Positions 34,598 through 46,654 of a stretch of 64,000 nt of DNA are shown piece after piece. The notes under the pieces were generated by a model. The model saw only the letters and a list, made by a program, of their open reading frames with translations, ran no database searches and was not told the origin of the DNA. Position numbers and translations under genes: made by a program. How positions within the stretch are numbered: the stretch's first letter is position 1; every line of letters begins with the position of its first letter. The DNA comes from Cyanophora paradoxa CCMP329. Lineage: Eukaryota > Plantae > Glaucophyta. The stretch covers positions 310,001 to 374,000 of the forward strand of contig QPMI01000095.1 in the NCBI GenBank assembly GCA_004431415.1, written 5' to 3'.

Positions 34598-37500
34598 ATG
34601 CCGCCGCTCGTGCTGATGGTGGCGGAGAAGCCGAGCATGTTCGTTCGCTCGCAAGCCCCGAGGCCGATTCGATTGGCGCATCGGTAATGGCGGCCATTGA
34701 TGGGATCATCGCAGCGCTTCGTCGATCGCATCGATCCTCGCTTCGTCCTCGTCTTCGAAAGCGCGTCTTTTAAAAGCGTCGCCGAGGCTGGGCGAAGCCT
34801 CTGGAGAGACTGCAAGTGCGAGGCCGCCAAGTGCGAGGCGCGGCGCGTCTCCCGCTACGTCGGTCTGGGAGTTCTCTGCGCAATTTCAGGTGCTGCTCGG
34901 TGTCACGCATCGCTCGAGGCTGAGCTGCGGCCTGCGCCCCCTTAGCTACGGCTTGGGGCTCGCAGAACCGCCCCGCCAACTTTCGCGTAACGAGCACCGT
35001 AGGGCATGTGCTAGGTACGTCTCCGGCGCTCGCAGGGGCCCGGGGGTGCCCGGGGGGGTGCTCGGACTTGCACTCTGCGGGGCGGGCACAGCGAGCCCCG
35101 GCGCTAGCTTGCCTGGCCGTCTAACATGCACTTTCACCGCGGCAGCGTACGACTTCCTGCCCGAATACCAGAACGTGCGACTTTCGAAGTTCCTGCCCGC
35201 ATACCAGAACGCTCACGGGCCGTGCAGTGGGAGAAAACAGATCCCGCAACGCTCTTCTCTGCGCCTGTACGGAAGGAAGAGACCAATCCGAAGGTACCCC
35301 GGTCGCGGCCGGGCCCCGCCGGCGCCGGTGGCGGGCGCGCGCAGTCGATCGGCGCGGCGGCGCGGCCGCGCCAGCCAACGTTAAACGTCAGACGCGGATC
35401 TGCTACCACCTGCAGCAGGAAGCGAAGGGCTGCGACTACCTCGTCCTCTGGCTCGACTGCGACCGCGAGGGCGAGAACATCTGCTTCGAGGTCATCGACA
35501 ACACTGTCCGCAACATGAACCGCCTCCCCGGCGGCCAGCAGCAGGTGTTCAGGGCGCGCTTCTCGGCCATCTCCGGTCCGCCGGCGCCGCCGCGAGTGCC
35601 GGGGAGCGGGGCTTTGCGAGCGGGGCGCAGGGCCGGACATCGAGCGGGCGATGCGGACTCTGGTGGCGCCTAACAAGAATGAGGCACTCTCGGTGGACGC
35701 GCGGCAGTCCGTCTCAAATGCCGATGTCAAACGAACGCCGATCTCAAACGAACGCAGGGAAATCGACCTCAAAGTCGGAGTGGCCTTCACCAGGTCGGGA
35801 CCCCTCCCCGGTTGGGACCCCCCCAGGGGAATGTAAGGGCTCAATAGTCGGCGGCCTCGGACTTGCACTCCGCGGGGCGGGCTCTCCCAGCCGCGGCGCT
35901 AGCTCACTCGGCCGTCTAACATGCACTTCCACCGCGGCGGACACGGATATACACCCAGAAGAGAGAAAGGAGGCGGAGAAAGAGAGCCTCTGCGGGGCCC
36001 TCGAGGTCGTCCTCCCCCATATGCATGGCCAGCTAACGGTTCCAGACCAGATTCCAGACCCGGTTCTTCCAGGGGAAGTACGGTGCGCGCCGCCCCCTCG
36101 AGGCGCGCGTGGGCGGGGCGAGCGGGGCGCAGGGAACCTCGACGCGCGGCTGTACGCCCCCGCGCTGAGCGTCCACATCGTGCCATTAATATAGCGCCAC
36201 GCACGCAAAGCGTATCCTACGGGCCTTGTCAGGTTCGCGCGGCCCTCTAGCGTGCACTCTGACCGCACAGGCGCGGGCATACACGCCGACCTGTCTCCCA
36301 GACCCCGACCCTCGGCTTCTGTGTCGACGTGCATGACCAGGTGCGGGCGACGCGCAGACTTACAGCCGCTGCCCGCCGCCGCCGCCGAGCCAGGGCCGAC
36401 CAGATCCAGTCCTTCAAGCCCGAGCGCTGGTGGTCCCTCGCAGTAACGATCGCCAAGGCGCGCACCACGCCCCGCCCCCGCTCCCGCCGCCCTCGCCTCT
36501 GAGGCCGGGCGCAGGCGGGGAGCCCGGCGGTGCAGCTCGAGTGGGAGCGCGGGCGCCTCTTCGACCTCGAGGTCGCCACCATGTTCCTGAAGCTCGTCCA
36601 GGAGGCCAAGACCGCCAAGGCCCGCCCCGCCGGCGCGCCCCGCCCCGGCCTCCCGCGCCGGGGGCGAGGCGGGGGTTCCGGCAGGTCGTCTCGGTCTCGG
36701 TGAAGGAGGAGCGCAAGCCGCGCCCCACGCCCCTCAACACCGTCGCCCTCCTCAAGGGTCCCCGCCCCCGCCCCGCCCGCCCCCCCGGCGCCGCCTCACG
36801 CGCGGGGCCGGCAGTGGCCTCGGCGAGCCTGGGCCTCGGCCCGCACCACGCGATGCAGATCGCCGAGCGGCTGTACATCCAGGGGTACATCTCGTACCCG
36901 CGCACCGAGTCGACGTCGTACCCGGAGCACTACGACGTGCGGGACGCCGTGCGGGAGCAGAGCCGCCACCCCGTGCGCCCGCCCCCGCCCCCCCTCGCCT
37001 CCCGCCGGCGCTCACCGGGCCCAGATCTGGGGGGAGTACGCCGGCTCGCTGCTGCAGACGGGCCTGGCGAAGGCGCAGGCGGGGGTCGACGTGGGGGACC
37101 ACCCGCCCATCACCCCCATGCGCACCGCGACCGAGGCGGAGCTGGGCGGGGGCGACACGTGGCGGCTGTACGACTACATCGCGCGGCACTTCCTCGCGAC
37201 CGTCTCGCCGGACTGCCGCTACAAGCGGATCACGGCCTCGTTCGCGGTGGCGGGAGAGTCCTTCTCGTGCTCGGGGCGGGAGATGCTGGCGGCCGGGTGG
37301 ACGGCCCTCATGCCGTGGACGGCGATGAAGGACGAGGGCCCCCGCTCCTTCACCCAGGGCGAGACCCTTTCCGTTGCCTCGGTCTCCCTTCGCGATGGTT
37401 CCCGCTCCCCCCCAGCTTCGAGAGCTCGCGTGCAGCCTCTACTAGCTCTGAATAACATGCCTGCGCTACGGCCCGCGACGGCCCGCCCCGCCCCGCGCGC

Positions 37501-39348
37501 CCCCCGCCCCCTCGCCGAGGCGGCGGGCGCAGGGGAGACGAGCGCGCCGGAGTACCTGACCGAGTCGGAGCTGATCGGGCTCATGGAGCGGCACGGCATC
37601 GGCACCGACGCCTCCATCCCCACCCACATCAACGTCCGTCCCGGCCCCGGCCCCGGCCCCTCCCCGCTCGCGCTCCCGAGCACGGCGGGGGCAGAACATC
37701 TGCGAGCGGAACTACGTGACGGTGACGGGCGGAAAGCGGCAGCTGGTGCCCACGAACCGTGCGCGTCTTTGCACGACGACTTTCCCGCACAGTTTCTTTC
37801 GTGACCCCGCGCGGCTCTCCAGTCGGGATCGTGCTGGTGCACGGGTACCACCGGATCGACCCGGAGCTGGTGCTGCCGACAGTGCGGAGCCACATCGAGA
37901 AGGAGATCTCGCTCATCGCCACCGGCGAGGCCCGCTACGAGGAGATCGTCGGCGCGCCCCCGCCCCGCCCCGTCCCTCCCCGCGCCGCGAGGCTGAGGCC
38001 GGCGCCGCAGAGCACGCCCTCTCCGTCTTCTCCGAGAAGCGCGCCCCGGTGGCGGGGCGGGGGCGGGGGGCGGGCTGACGGGGCGCAGGTTCGCGCACTT
38101 CGCGAAGAGCATCGCGCGCATGGACGACCTCTTCGAGGCGACCTTCTCGCCCCTCGCCGCCTCCGGCCGGCCCCTCTCCAAGTGCGGCAAGTGCCGCCGC
38201 TACATGAAGTACAGTCCGCCAGCCCGCCCCGCCCCGCCCCTGCCCCGTGCGGGGTCCAAGGGCGTGACGCGGGGCAGTGCCGCTGCGGCCGGCGCGGCTG
38301 CACTGCGCGACGTGCGACGAGACGTACAACGTGCCGCAGCAGGGGACGATCAAGCTCTACAAGGAGCTCCGCTGCCCCCTCGACGACTTCGAACTCGTCC
38401 TCTACTCGACCGGCCAGGACGGGTGCCCCCGCACCCGGCCCCGCCCCCGCCCCGCCCCCCCGCGCCCACCGCCGGGCAGCGTGGCGTACCCGCTGTGCCC
38501 CTACTGCTACAACTACCCGCCGTTCGAGGGGGTGAAGGCGGGGATGGCGTGCAACAGCTGCGTGCACCCGACCTGCCCGCACTCCCTCGTCCGCAACGGC
38601 ATCTGCCCCTGCACCACCTGCGACTCCGGCGTCCTCGTCCTCGACCCCGTGCACCCCGCCCCCGCCCCCGATCGCCCCGCGCCCCTCACCGGCCCGCCCC
38701 GCGCCCCCGCAGATCTCGGCCCCCAAGTGGAAGGCCGGCGCCCCGCCCGCCGCCGGCGCGTGGAGTGGCGCTGAGGGGCCGCGCAGGTGGAGTGCAACGC
38801 GTGCAACTGCCTCGTCTACCTGCCCCCGAGCGCCCACAAGGTCGCCCCGAGCGAGGACGGTCCGCGCCGCCCCCCGCGCCGCCCCTGCGGGGGGCGACGG
38901 GGGCGGATGGGGCGCAGGGCGGTGCGAGGAGTGCGGGGCGACGCTGCTGGAGATCGAGTTCCACAAGGAGAAGACGCCGCTGCCCGACCGCAGCACCGCC
39001 TACACCGGCTGCATCCAGTGCGACGACTTCCTGTCCGCCCCGCCCCGCCCCCGGCCCCGCCCCGCCGCCCCCCCCCCCCCCCCTCGGCCGACCCCGGTCC
39101 GCCAGGTACGAGATGTGCGAGCAGGGCATGGGTGCCGCCCCCCGACCCCCCCCGCCTCCCCGCTCCCCGCCCTTCTGAGCCTCCCCTCAGGCCGCATGCG
39201 GCACAAGATGTTCAGCAGGAGGCGCGGCGGCGGCGGTCGGGGGCGGGGCCGAGGACGGGGACGGGGCCGGGGCCGGGGCCGGGGCGGCGGGGGCGACCCC
39301 TCGAAGATGTCCGTCGAGGAGCGCACGCGCCTTATCTTCGGCTCCTAG
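34598..39348 (+). CDS. TOP3B: DNA/RNA topoisomerase III beta
   Basis: [59 protein letters not shown], catalytic [26 protein letters not shown], many CxxC zinc ribbons and a C-terminal RG tract. Confidence 0.96.
35061..35145 (+). repeat. 85-nt intronic repeat, copy 1 (forms branch point and 3' AG of TOP3B intron 35015-35145)
   Basis: Ungapped match to 35856-35940 with 12 mismatches in 85 nt (hand count). Ends ...ctaacatgcactttcaccgcggcag. Confidence 0.9.
35856..35940 (+). repeat. 85-nt intronic repeat, copy 2 (internal to TOP3B intron 35794-36050)
   Basis: Ends ...ctaacatgcacttccaccgcggcgg, with GG in place of the AG of copy 1. Confidence 0.9.
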
Positions 39349-39666
39349 CGCCCGCGGCCCCCCCCCCCGCCCCCGCCCTGGAGCATAGACTAGTTTGCTC
39401 AGCCAGCCAGGGCAGGCAGATGTAGCCGTGGATGCGTAGTTTCAAGTTTAGGGCATGCAGGAATCGAGGCGTGAGGAGGCACGGCTCAGGGCTCGGGGCA
39501 CTGCGGCTTTCACAGGCGTGAGCTCCGAGGCTCAGCGGCTCGAGGAGGACAGGCGAGGGTTCTGCGAGGCAGCGACGTCTCCTGCAATTGAACCCGGAGT
39601 CCTTCTATCTCGAGGTGATCTCACATCTAACATCGTGCAGTTCCCAAGCTGCTTCTCTAGCTGCGA

Positions 39667-40658
39667 CTAGCGTGTTGCCGAGGCGGGGTCACCTCCTGGG
39701 GAGGCCGGAGGCGCGGGCGGCTGGGGGAGGGCCGTGCGGCTGCTTTGGCACGCACACGCACGCGAAGAGGTAGTCGCCGAAGTCAAGCTCCACGCAGGCG
39801 TCCTCGGGGCGTACGGAGAGCGACGTCGAGGCCGCCCGCTGCTGCGAGCGCGCGCTCTGCCCGCCCCCGGAGCGCGAGCCCGGGCGCGCATCGTGCACGG
39901 GGGCCTCCTCGACGAACGACGACGGGAAGAGGCGGTCGATGGAGGACAGGAATGAGGCCGAAAAATCAAGCGGCGTTTCTGCCGGGCCCTCAAGCACGTC
40001 CTCCTCCAGGCCCCACCGCGCCCCTCCCCGCCGCTCCTCCGAGCCGGGCCGCCGCGCGCTGCTGAGGCGCGCGGAGGTGCCCGGGGTGCCCGGGGCGCGC
40101 CGCCCGCCGGCGTCGTCGACGCGGGCGGAGAGGTGCACGCTGCCGGTGGTGCTGTAGCTGAACCAGCCGTCCTTGGGGACGCCGGGGTTGGCGTAGAGGG
40201 AGGAGAGGCCGAGCTCGAAGTGGCCGAGCTCCGCCGAGCTCCGCGGGTCCACCACGCGGAAGACCGCCTTCCTCACCTGCCCCCCGTCCCCCAGCGCCTG
40301 CCCGCCCGCCGCCCCCGCGTGAGGCCCCCCGCGCCGCTCCGCCCGGGCGCCGCGACGCACCGGGAAGCGGAACGTTTCGTCCAAACGGCCCCGCCGGCCG
40401 CCTACCGCAAGACTTTGAGCGACTTTTCCCCGGACTGAGACCTCAACCATCTTCTTATCTTCGTATCCGTCATCAGCGAGCTCTGCGACGATGAGAAAGT
40501 TAGCTATCGCGTTCATTCATGGCGCTTAGCTAATCAAGCGCCCATTAGCTAAAAGCCCAGCATCCGCAGCTGCGAGCGGACGAAGGGCACAGGAACTTGA
40601 ACATCTGAGCTGGGAGGCGAGGACTCGCCGAACCTATTAATGTAAGTTCTATGGACAT
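39667..40658 (-). CDS. C2-like domain protein (ends uncertain)
   Basis: MSIELTLI|A..., MVEVSVRGK...LDETFRFP|VRKAVFRVVDPRSSAELGHFELGLSSLYAN...DGWF...TGSVHLSARV follows the C2 beta-sandwich pattern. Confidence 0.55.
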
Positions 40659-40868
40659 TTTGTGCGCCGCAAGCGGCCAAGCCGACGCGCTGCCACGGTC
40701 AGTTTTCCCAAGCTGGCCCTGCTTTGCGCGAAGGCGGAATTATTGTGCGCGATTCGCTTCGGCTGCGGTTCAGGTGCAGCTGTTGAGTACTAGTGATAGA
40801 TCCAGCGACAGCCGCACGTTGTAGGCTGTACCCCTCAAAGAGGGGCCGGGGGAGGAAAGGGGGAGAGC

Positions 40869-41280
40869 GCAGCTAGCTGCAGATCCGATCTAGCTATAGA
40901 GCGCTAGCGCCGGGCAGCCGGGCCCTGCCGGCGCCGGTGGCCATGGCGGGCGTGCGCGCGCGGTCGATCGGCGCCGCGCCAGCCATCATGGCATGGCGCC
41001 AGCCACGTGCACGTGCACTGGCCAACTTTTGGCAATGCGCGCGCGGCGCCGGCGCGCGCCGGCGTCGCCGGCGCCAGCTGCAGCTAGCTATAGCCGGCCG
41101 CCGGGCCATGGCCGGCGCCAGCCATTCCTGCTTGCGCACGCGTACGTGCACAAATTCTTTGAACGATCGCGAAGGTGCCTTCTCGAGCTCGTCTAATCGA
41201 CATGCTGCCGCAGCACCTAGGCCTATGGCTGCCTAAAGCTGTAGCTATTTAGCTAGCGCTATGTATAGCGGCGCCGAGCC
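40869..41280. repeat. Intergenic tract of chained short perfect palindromes
   Basis: gcagctagctgc (40869), gcgctagcgc (40901), ccggcgccgg (40928), cacgtgcacgtg (41004), cgccggcgcgcgccggcg (41047), ggccatggcc (41105). Confidence 0.8.
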
Positions 41281-41288
41281 TAGCGCAC

Positions 41289-42344
41289 CTATATCCTTTC
41301 GGCGACGAGCCACCAGTTTTCCTTGTCGTAGCCGCTCTCGAGGAGGCGGGCGGTGCCGAGGGACTCGACGAGGGCCTCCAGCTCCCCCTTCCTGAAGACG
41401 TGGTAGAAGCGGCGGAGGACCACCTCGCCCGCCCCCGCCCCCGCCTCGCCCGCCTCGCCCTCTCCCCCGGGCCCCGGGGAGGCCGGGCGCCCCCTCTGGC
41501 GCTGGAAGCGCGCCTGCAGGTGCCACGGCACCAGATTGTCCTGCTCCGTCCACTTCATGCGGCTCCCCTGCCCCGGGCCGGCGCCCGTGAGCGGCGAGGC
41601 CGCGTTCAGGCGGATCGAGCGGGGCACCTCTTGCTGCTCGAAGGCCCAGACGTACACGAGCACGCGCCCCTTGGGCCGCGCGATCCGGAAGAGCTCCTGC
41701 GCCCCGCCCCGCCCCAGGCGCTCGGAGGGCGCCGTCGTCTTGAGCGCGAGGCGGTGCGCCACGCGCTGCGCACGGCGAGGGCCTGCCGCCTGTGCTGCTC
41801 CGTCGAGAAGTGGTGCACGACGGCGATCGAGATGACGGTGTCCTGTTCAGGCCTATCAGGGCGGGGCTCCCGAGCGCGGGATGGGCGCGGAGGGCGCACG
41901 AAGGCGTTGCTACGAAGTGGCAGTTTGATGCTGTCTGCTACGAGCGCCTCGAAGCCGCGGCCGCCGCAGATGTCTGTGAGCACCCTGCTCCTGCATGCGC
42001 ATTCGGAAGCGATCAGGGTCCGCCGCGCGCAGCGCTTATGCACGCATGTGCGCGTGCTGAGAGCGAGCGAACCTGTCCGAACCGATCATAAATGCGTGCG
42101 GCGGGACGGACCCGAAGTACTTGCCATTCCCGCACCCAACATCCGCGACGAGCTCCCCGGGGGCGCACGCTTTCAGAAACGCGTCAATCCGCGGCCAAGG
42201 CTGAGAGAGCGTCGAACCGATCGTCAGGCATCGTGCGCGCGGCGACCTCGCGGCGCACACCTTGTACCGCGTTTCCGAGAAGTGGTGCCCGATCTGATCG
42301 TAGATCTCGTGAACGTGCTTGATCTCGATATCAGTCGACTGCAT
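41289..42344 (-). CDS. TRM9: tRNA wobble-uridine carboxymethyl methyltransferase (Trm9 / ALKBH8 MTase domain)
   Basis: HVHEIYDQIGHHFSETRYK|PWP, VADVGCGNGKY, ISIAVVHHFST, VLVYVWAFEQ, QDNLVPW, RFYHVFRKGEL, YDKENW. Confidence 0.93.
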
Positions 42345-42422
42345 GTGCGCCCGGGGCGCAGCCCGCGGCCGGTGCGGCGGTGCGGCGGTTCCAGCTGCAG
42401 GGATACCGCTTTAAAAAGCCGG

Positions 42423-44300
42423 ATGGGCGACGCGTCCGAGCAGGACCAGCAGCTCGTGCGTTCGCACTACGATCAGCGGAAGAGCCTGGGGATTGCAGGC
42501 CGCGAAGAGAGCCGCACTTTCAAGGTGCGGACGCTGCACAACTGGATCAAGGTGCGCCACCGCGCCCCGCGCCCCGATCTCGTTCTGCGTCTCGTTCTGC
42601 GTACGCGTCGTTCTGATCTCGTCTCTAGTTCGCGCTCATCGAGTTCGATGAGCACGCGCGGCGCCGCTCACGGCCCGTCGTGCTCGACCTGTGCTGCGGG
42701 AAAGGCGGGGACCTGAACAAGTTCGCGCGGGTGCGGGCGCGCGGGGTCGTCTGCGTGGACTGGGCGAGGAAGAGCGTCGAGGAGGCGGTACGGCGCTGGG
42801 GCTCGATGCGAGAGCGGTTTCCCGTCGAGTTCTACTGCGCGGACTGCTTCGAGGTTGACCTGGGGGCCCATCTGCACGCCGACCTCCGCTTCGACCTCTG
42901 CTCGTGCCAGTTCTCGCACGCCCCGCCCCCCTCCCCCGCACCGCTCCCGCGCGGCCCGACGCGGCGGCAGCGCGCACTACGCCTTCGCGTCGGAGGGGCG
43001 GGCCCGGGCGATGCTCCGCAACGTGAGCTCGCGGCTCGTCCCCGGCGGCGCCGCCGTCCTCACCCTCCCGGACGCCGACGAGCTCGCGTGCGGCGGCCCG
43101 CCCCGCGCGGCGGCCCGCCGCGCCGACGCGGGCGGCGCAGGCGGCGGCTGAGGGCGAGCGGCGGGGACGGGTTTGGGAACGGGTTCTACCGGGTGCGCTT
43201 CGACGCGGGGAGCGCGGGGCGGGCGCGGGCATGGAGCTCGAGGAGGGGCCCCCGAGCCCGCCGAGCCCTCGGCGTCCGCTACGAGGTGCGCCGGCGCCCC
43301 GCGGGCCGGCGGGGCGCCGAGGGTCCACGCGGGGCGCAGTTCTACCTGGAGGACAGCGTGGGGGAGGCGGCCGGCCCCGGCGCCCTCGAGCTCGTCCCCG
43401 AGTTCCTCGCCCCGCTCGCCACCCTCCGCCGGCCCGCCCCAGCCCCGCCCCCGCCCCGCCCGCACGCCCGCCCGCTTGCCGACGCCCCGCAGCCTCGCAG
43501 CGGAGGCGGGCCTGGAGCTGGTCTTCGCCCGCAACTTCCGGCGTTCGCGGAGGAGCTGGGGCGGGACGGGCGCAGGTGGCGGCGCTGCGGCGGATGCTGG
43601 GGGGTGCGCGGGGCACCCCCTCGAGGCCCTCTCCCCCGACGAGTGGGAGGTCTCCTGTGCGCCGCCCGGCCCCGCATGCGCGCGCGGCGCTGACGCGCGG
43701 CCGGCAGCGCTCTACGCCGCCGTCGCGTTCCGCAAGGCCGCCGCCGCCCCGGGGGCCGGCCCCAGCCGCAAGCGCGACCGCGACGAGGAGCGCGACGCGC
43801 GGCAGCAGGGCCACCACCCGCGCCGCGAGGGCGACCCCGGAGGGCCCTACGACGACCGCGGGGACAACGCATACTCGCGGCAATCGGACAGCGGCTACAG
43901 CGATCGTAGAGGGGGGTACAATGACCGGTGGCGTGGCTACGACGATCGGCGAGGCGGCAGTGGCGACCAGCGAGGGAGGTACGACGAATGGAGAGGAGGG
44001 TACGATGACCGGCGAGGAGGGGGATACGATGGTTCGCGAGGCGGGTACGACGATCGAAGACGAGGACACGATGGTCGGAGGGCAGGACACGATGACTGGC
44101 GAGGGGGGTACGACGACCGGAGAGGCGGCTACGAACGAGGTGGTTCTGACGAGCGGAGAATGGGGTACGACGGTCGGAGAGGCTATGACGACGGGGGAGG
44201 GTTCGGTGATCGGCGAGGGGCGCGGGAGGCGGGGGAGCGGGCTTGCCCCATCGTGCTCGTGCCCGGCTTCTCCGCCTCCGACATCCGCTCCCTCCCGTAG
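42423..44300 (+). CDS. RNMT: mRNA cap guanine-N7 methyltransferase with C-terminal RG/YDD repeat tail
   Basis: VRSHYD, RTLHNWIK, VLDLCCGKGGDLNK, ADCF, FDLCSCQFS..HYAFASE, LVPGG..LTLPDA, FGNGFYRVRF, FYLEDSV, VPEFL, LSPDEWE, LYAAVAFRK. Confidence 0.92.
43890..44220 (+). repeat. Coding tandem repeat (~21-nt unit, consensus GGYDDRR) in the RNMT C-terminal tail
   Basis: SGYSDRR GGYNDRW RGYDDRR GGSGDQR GRYDEWR GGYDDRR GGGYDGSR GGYDDRR RGHDGRR AGHDDWR GGYDDRR... Confidence 0.9.
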
Positions 44301-44313
44301 CGACCGTGTTCGC

Positions 44314-46552
44314 TTAACTCCGTTTGCACGCCTCTCCGCTCTCCGCCAGCGGGCGGGGGCCCGGGCCCGGGCCGGGAGGGGCCGCCGGGGCGCGCCGGCG
44401 GCGGCACCAGTCGAGGTAGTAGGCAGGCTCGCGGCCGCCCTCGAGCTCCTCGGCACGCACCGCTGCCTCTGCCGCCCGCACCAGTGCCGCCGCCTCCTGC
44501 GCGCCCCGCCGCCCTCGCACGCGGCGCCTCGCGTGGGAAGCTTGCGGGGCGGCCGGCACCGCGTCGGGCTCCATGCGCAGGGCCCCGCAGAGGGCGACGA
44601 GGAAGTCGGGGGGCAGGCCGGCGCCGCCGGCCCCGCCCTCCGACGCCGGCGGCTGGCGCTCGCGTACTCGCGCGAGGCTGAGCTCGATGACGGCGCGCTC
44701 CCGGCGGCCCACGCGGAAGAGGGCAACCGCGCCAGCCACTTGCCCAGCTCCGAGGCCCCGCCGGTCTGCCCCCGCCGGCCGTCAGCGGGGCGGCGACAGG
44801 GGCGCGGGCGCGGGGCGGGGCGGACGGCGGCGGCGTGGGCGTCGGCGCGGAGGAGGGCGGCGACGTGCGGGCGGAGGCGGTCGCGGAGGAAGGCGGCGGC
44901 GGCGGCGCGGCCCTCGGCGCTCGCCTCGAATGCCGCCCCCGCCCCGCCCCGCCCCTCCACCGCCCCCGCCGCGAACACCGAGTGCGCGAGAGCCAGCGGG
45001 TAGCCCGGTGCCATCGGGCCGTTGATCAGCAGCGGCGTGTCCAGGCTCGCCTGCCGCCGGTGTCAGGCTCCCCGTCGCAGAGCCACGCGGCCTACGAACC
45101 CGCACGATCTCCTCGGGAATGTACCCCTGCCCGCAGGCGTCAGGGGCGCCCCGGGGCGGCGGTGCGGAGGGGGAGCCGGCGCACCGCACAGCATGCGACG
45201 AGCGTGCCGACCTGGCGGTGGCTGATCATGAGCTGCGGGGCGGGGGCGGGGGCGGGGGCCCGGGGGCGGGGCGGGCGGGGACCATCTTGCGGATCTGGTG
45301 AAGGAGGAATGCGCGGCCGCCGAGGCGGAGGAGGACGTGGGGGCGGCCGGCGACCTCGGCGGCCTCGCAGTCGAAGCGGTAGACCGTCCGCAGGAAGGCG
45401 GGGTCCAGCGCGTCCCCCTCCCCGGGCCACCGCCCCGCCTCCATCGCCCCCCGCAGCGAGTGCCGCGTCCCCGGCCCCGCCCCAGACCGCCCCGCCCCCG
45501 CGTCCGCCCCGTCCACCTTGGCGCCGCCCTCCGCCGCCTCCTCGCCCTCCCCGCCGCCCTCCGCCGCCTCGCCCTCCACTTCCCCCGCCCCCTCCCCCCC
45601 GCCCCCGCCCCGCCACCGGGGCCGCGACTGGGGCGCTTGGCGGCGGCGGGAGGGCCGTCGCGGGCGGCGAGGGTGCGGCGGCGCTTGCGGCGGGCGTCGG
45701 AAGCGGCGTAGTTGTGGAAGTGGCGCGTGCCGAGAAAGAGCGCCGCCAGCCGCCCCGCGCGCCCCACGTCCGCCTCCCCCGCGTACGCGTCGGGCCCCGC
45801 CCGCCCGCCGGCCGCCGCCTCGAGCGCCTCGGCGAAGAGCGCGTCGGCCGCGGCGTCCTCCTCCGGCTCCGGCGGGGCCCGCAGCGCGAAGGCCCCCGCC
45901 GGCAGCAGGTACTCGTACAGCCGGTAGCTCGTCTCCTGCGCCCCGCCTCGAGCTCGCACCCCGCGGCCCCGCGAAGGCCGGAGCGCTGCGAGGGGCGGCG
46001 CATGCGCACGTCGCGGGCGTCGAAACCGCTGCGGACGCGCTGCAGGTCGAACGCGCGTATGTCCTCGGGAAGCGCCCCGTTCAGCCGCTCCAGCAGCGCC
46101 CTCGCTGCCACACGCCCGATCGCCGCCGCGTCGCCGGCCCCGGGCCCCGCACAGCCGCCTGCTCCAGCTGCAGCTCCAGCTGTAGGCCCACTGGCAGCCG
46201 CAGCTCCCGGCGGCTCGAGGGCGTCCCGCGGGATCCGAAGATCGAGTGCGAAGAGGGCGGCAGCCGCGTGCACCCCCTTGTCCGTCCGCGAGCTCCTTGA
46301 TAGCCGCGTCTGCGCTGGCGTTGCATTCTGCCAGAGGAGCCCGATCTCGCTCAGCGCTCGAAGCAGCTCGCCCTCGATCGCTGTGCGAGATCAGCCGGCT
46401 CACGTACGCGTACCGAGGGGATATCACGCACTCTTAAGGCGCGCGTTGTACTGACTGCCTTCGTACGCCGTTCCCAGATAGCCTAGCAGGAGCGCGCACC
46501 TGACCTTCTTTGCCGGTGCGCGGCTCGAGCTCGCGCTCGCCTCCCTGCTCAT
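44314..46552 (-). CDS. tRNA pseudouridine synthase, TruA/Pus1 family
   Basis: ALLLGYLGTAYEGSQ, TIEGELLRAL, catalytic SRTDKGVHA, LNGALPEDIR, FDAR, YEYLLP, FLGTRHFHNY, GRAFLLHQIRKM|VG. Confidence 0.92.
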
Positions 46553-46654
46553 GGCAAGGTGGCTCCCACTTAGCTGTGCCCCCACTGAGCTGTGCCCTCC
46601 GCCGACGGCCGTCGGCCGGCGGCCGCAGTTTGTGGGGTAGAGGATTCGAATACC

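Noticed and set aside
40937-41236. 99-aa + strand ORF in the palindrome tract
   Set aside because: No introns, codon pattern or motifs. Best explained as a by-product of the palindromic sequence.
41291-41300. atatcctttc resembling a U12-type 5' splice site
   Set aside because: It lies antisense to the last codons of TRM9, with no + strand exon context.
46632-46654. tRNA/Pol III box-like sequence (tggggtagagg...ggattcgaatacc)
   Set aside because: No cloverleaf, wrong spacing, and it sits in the short PUS/PPR promoter gap. No tRNA, rRNA or CRISPR array was found in the window.
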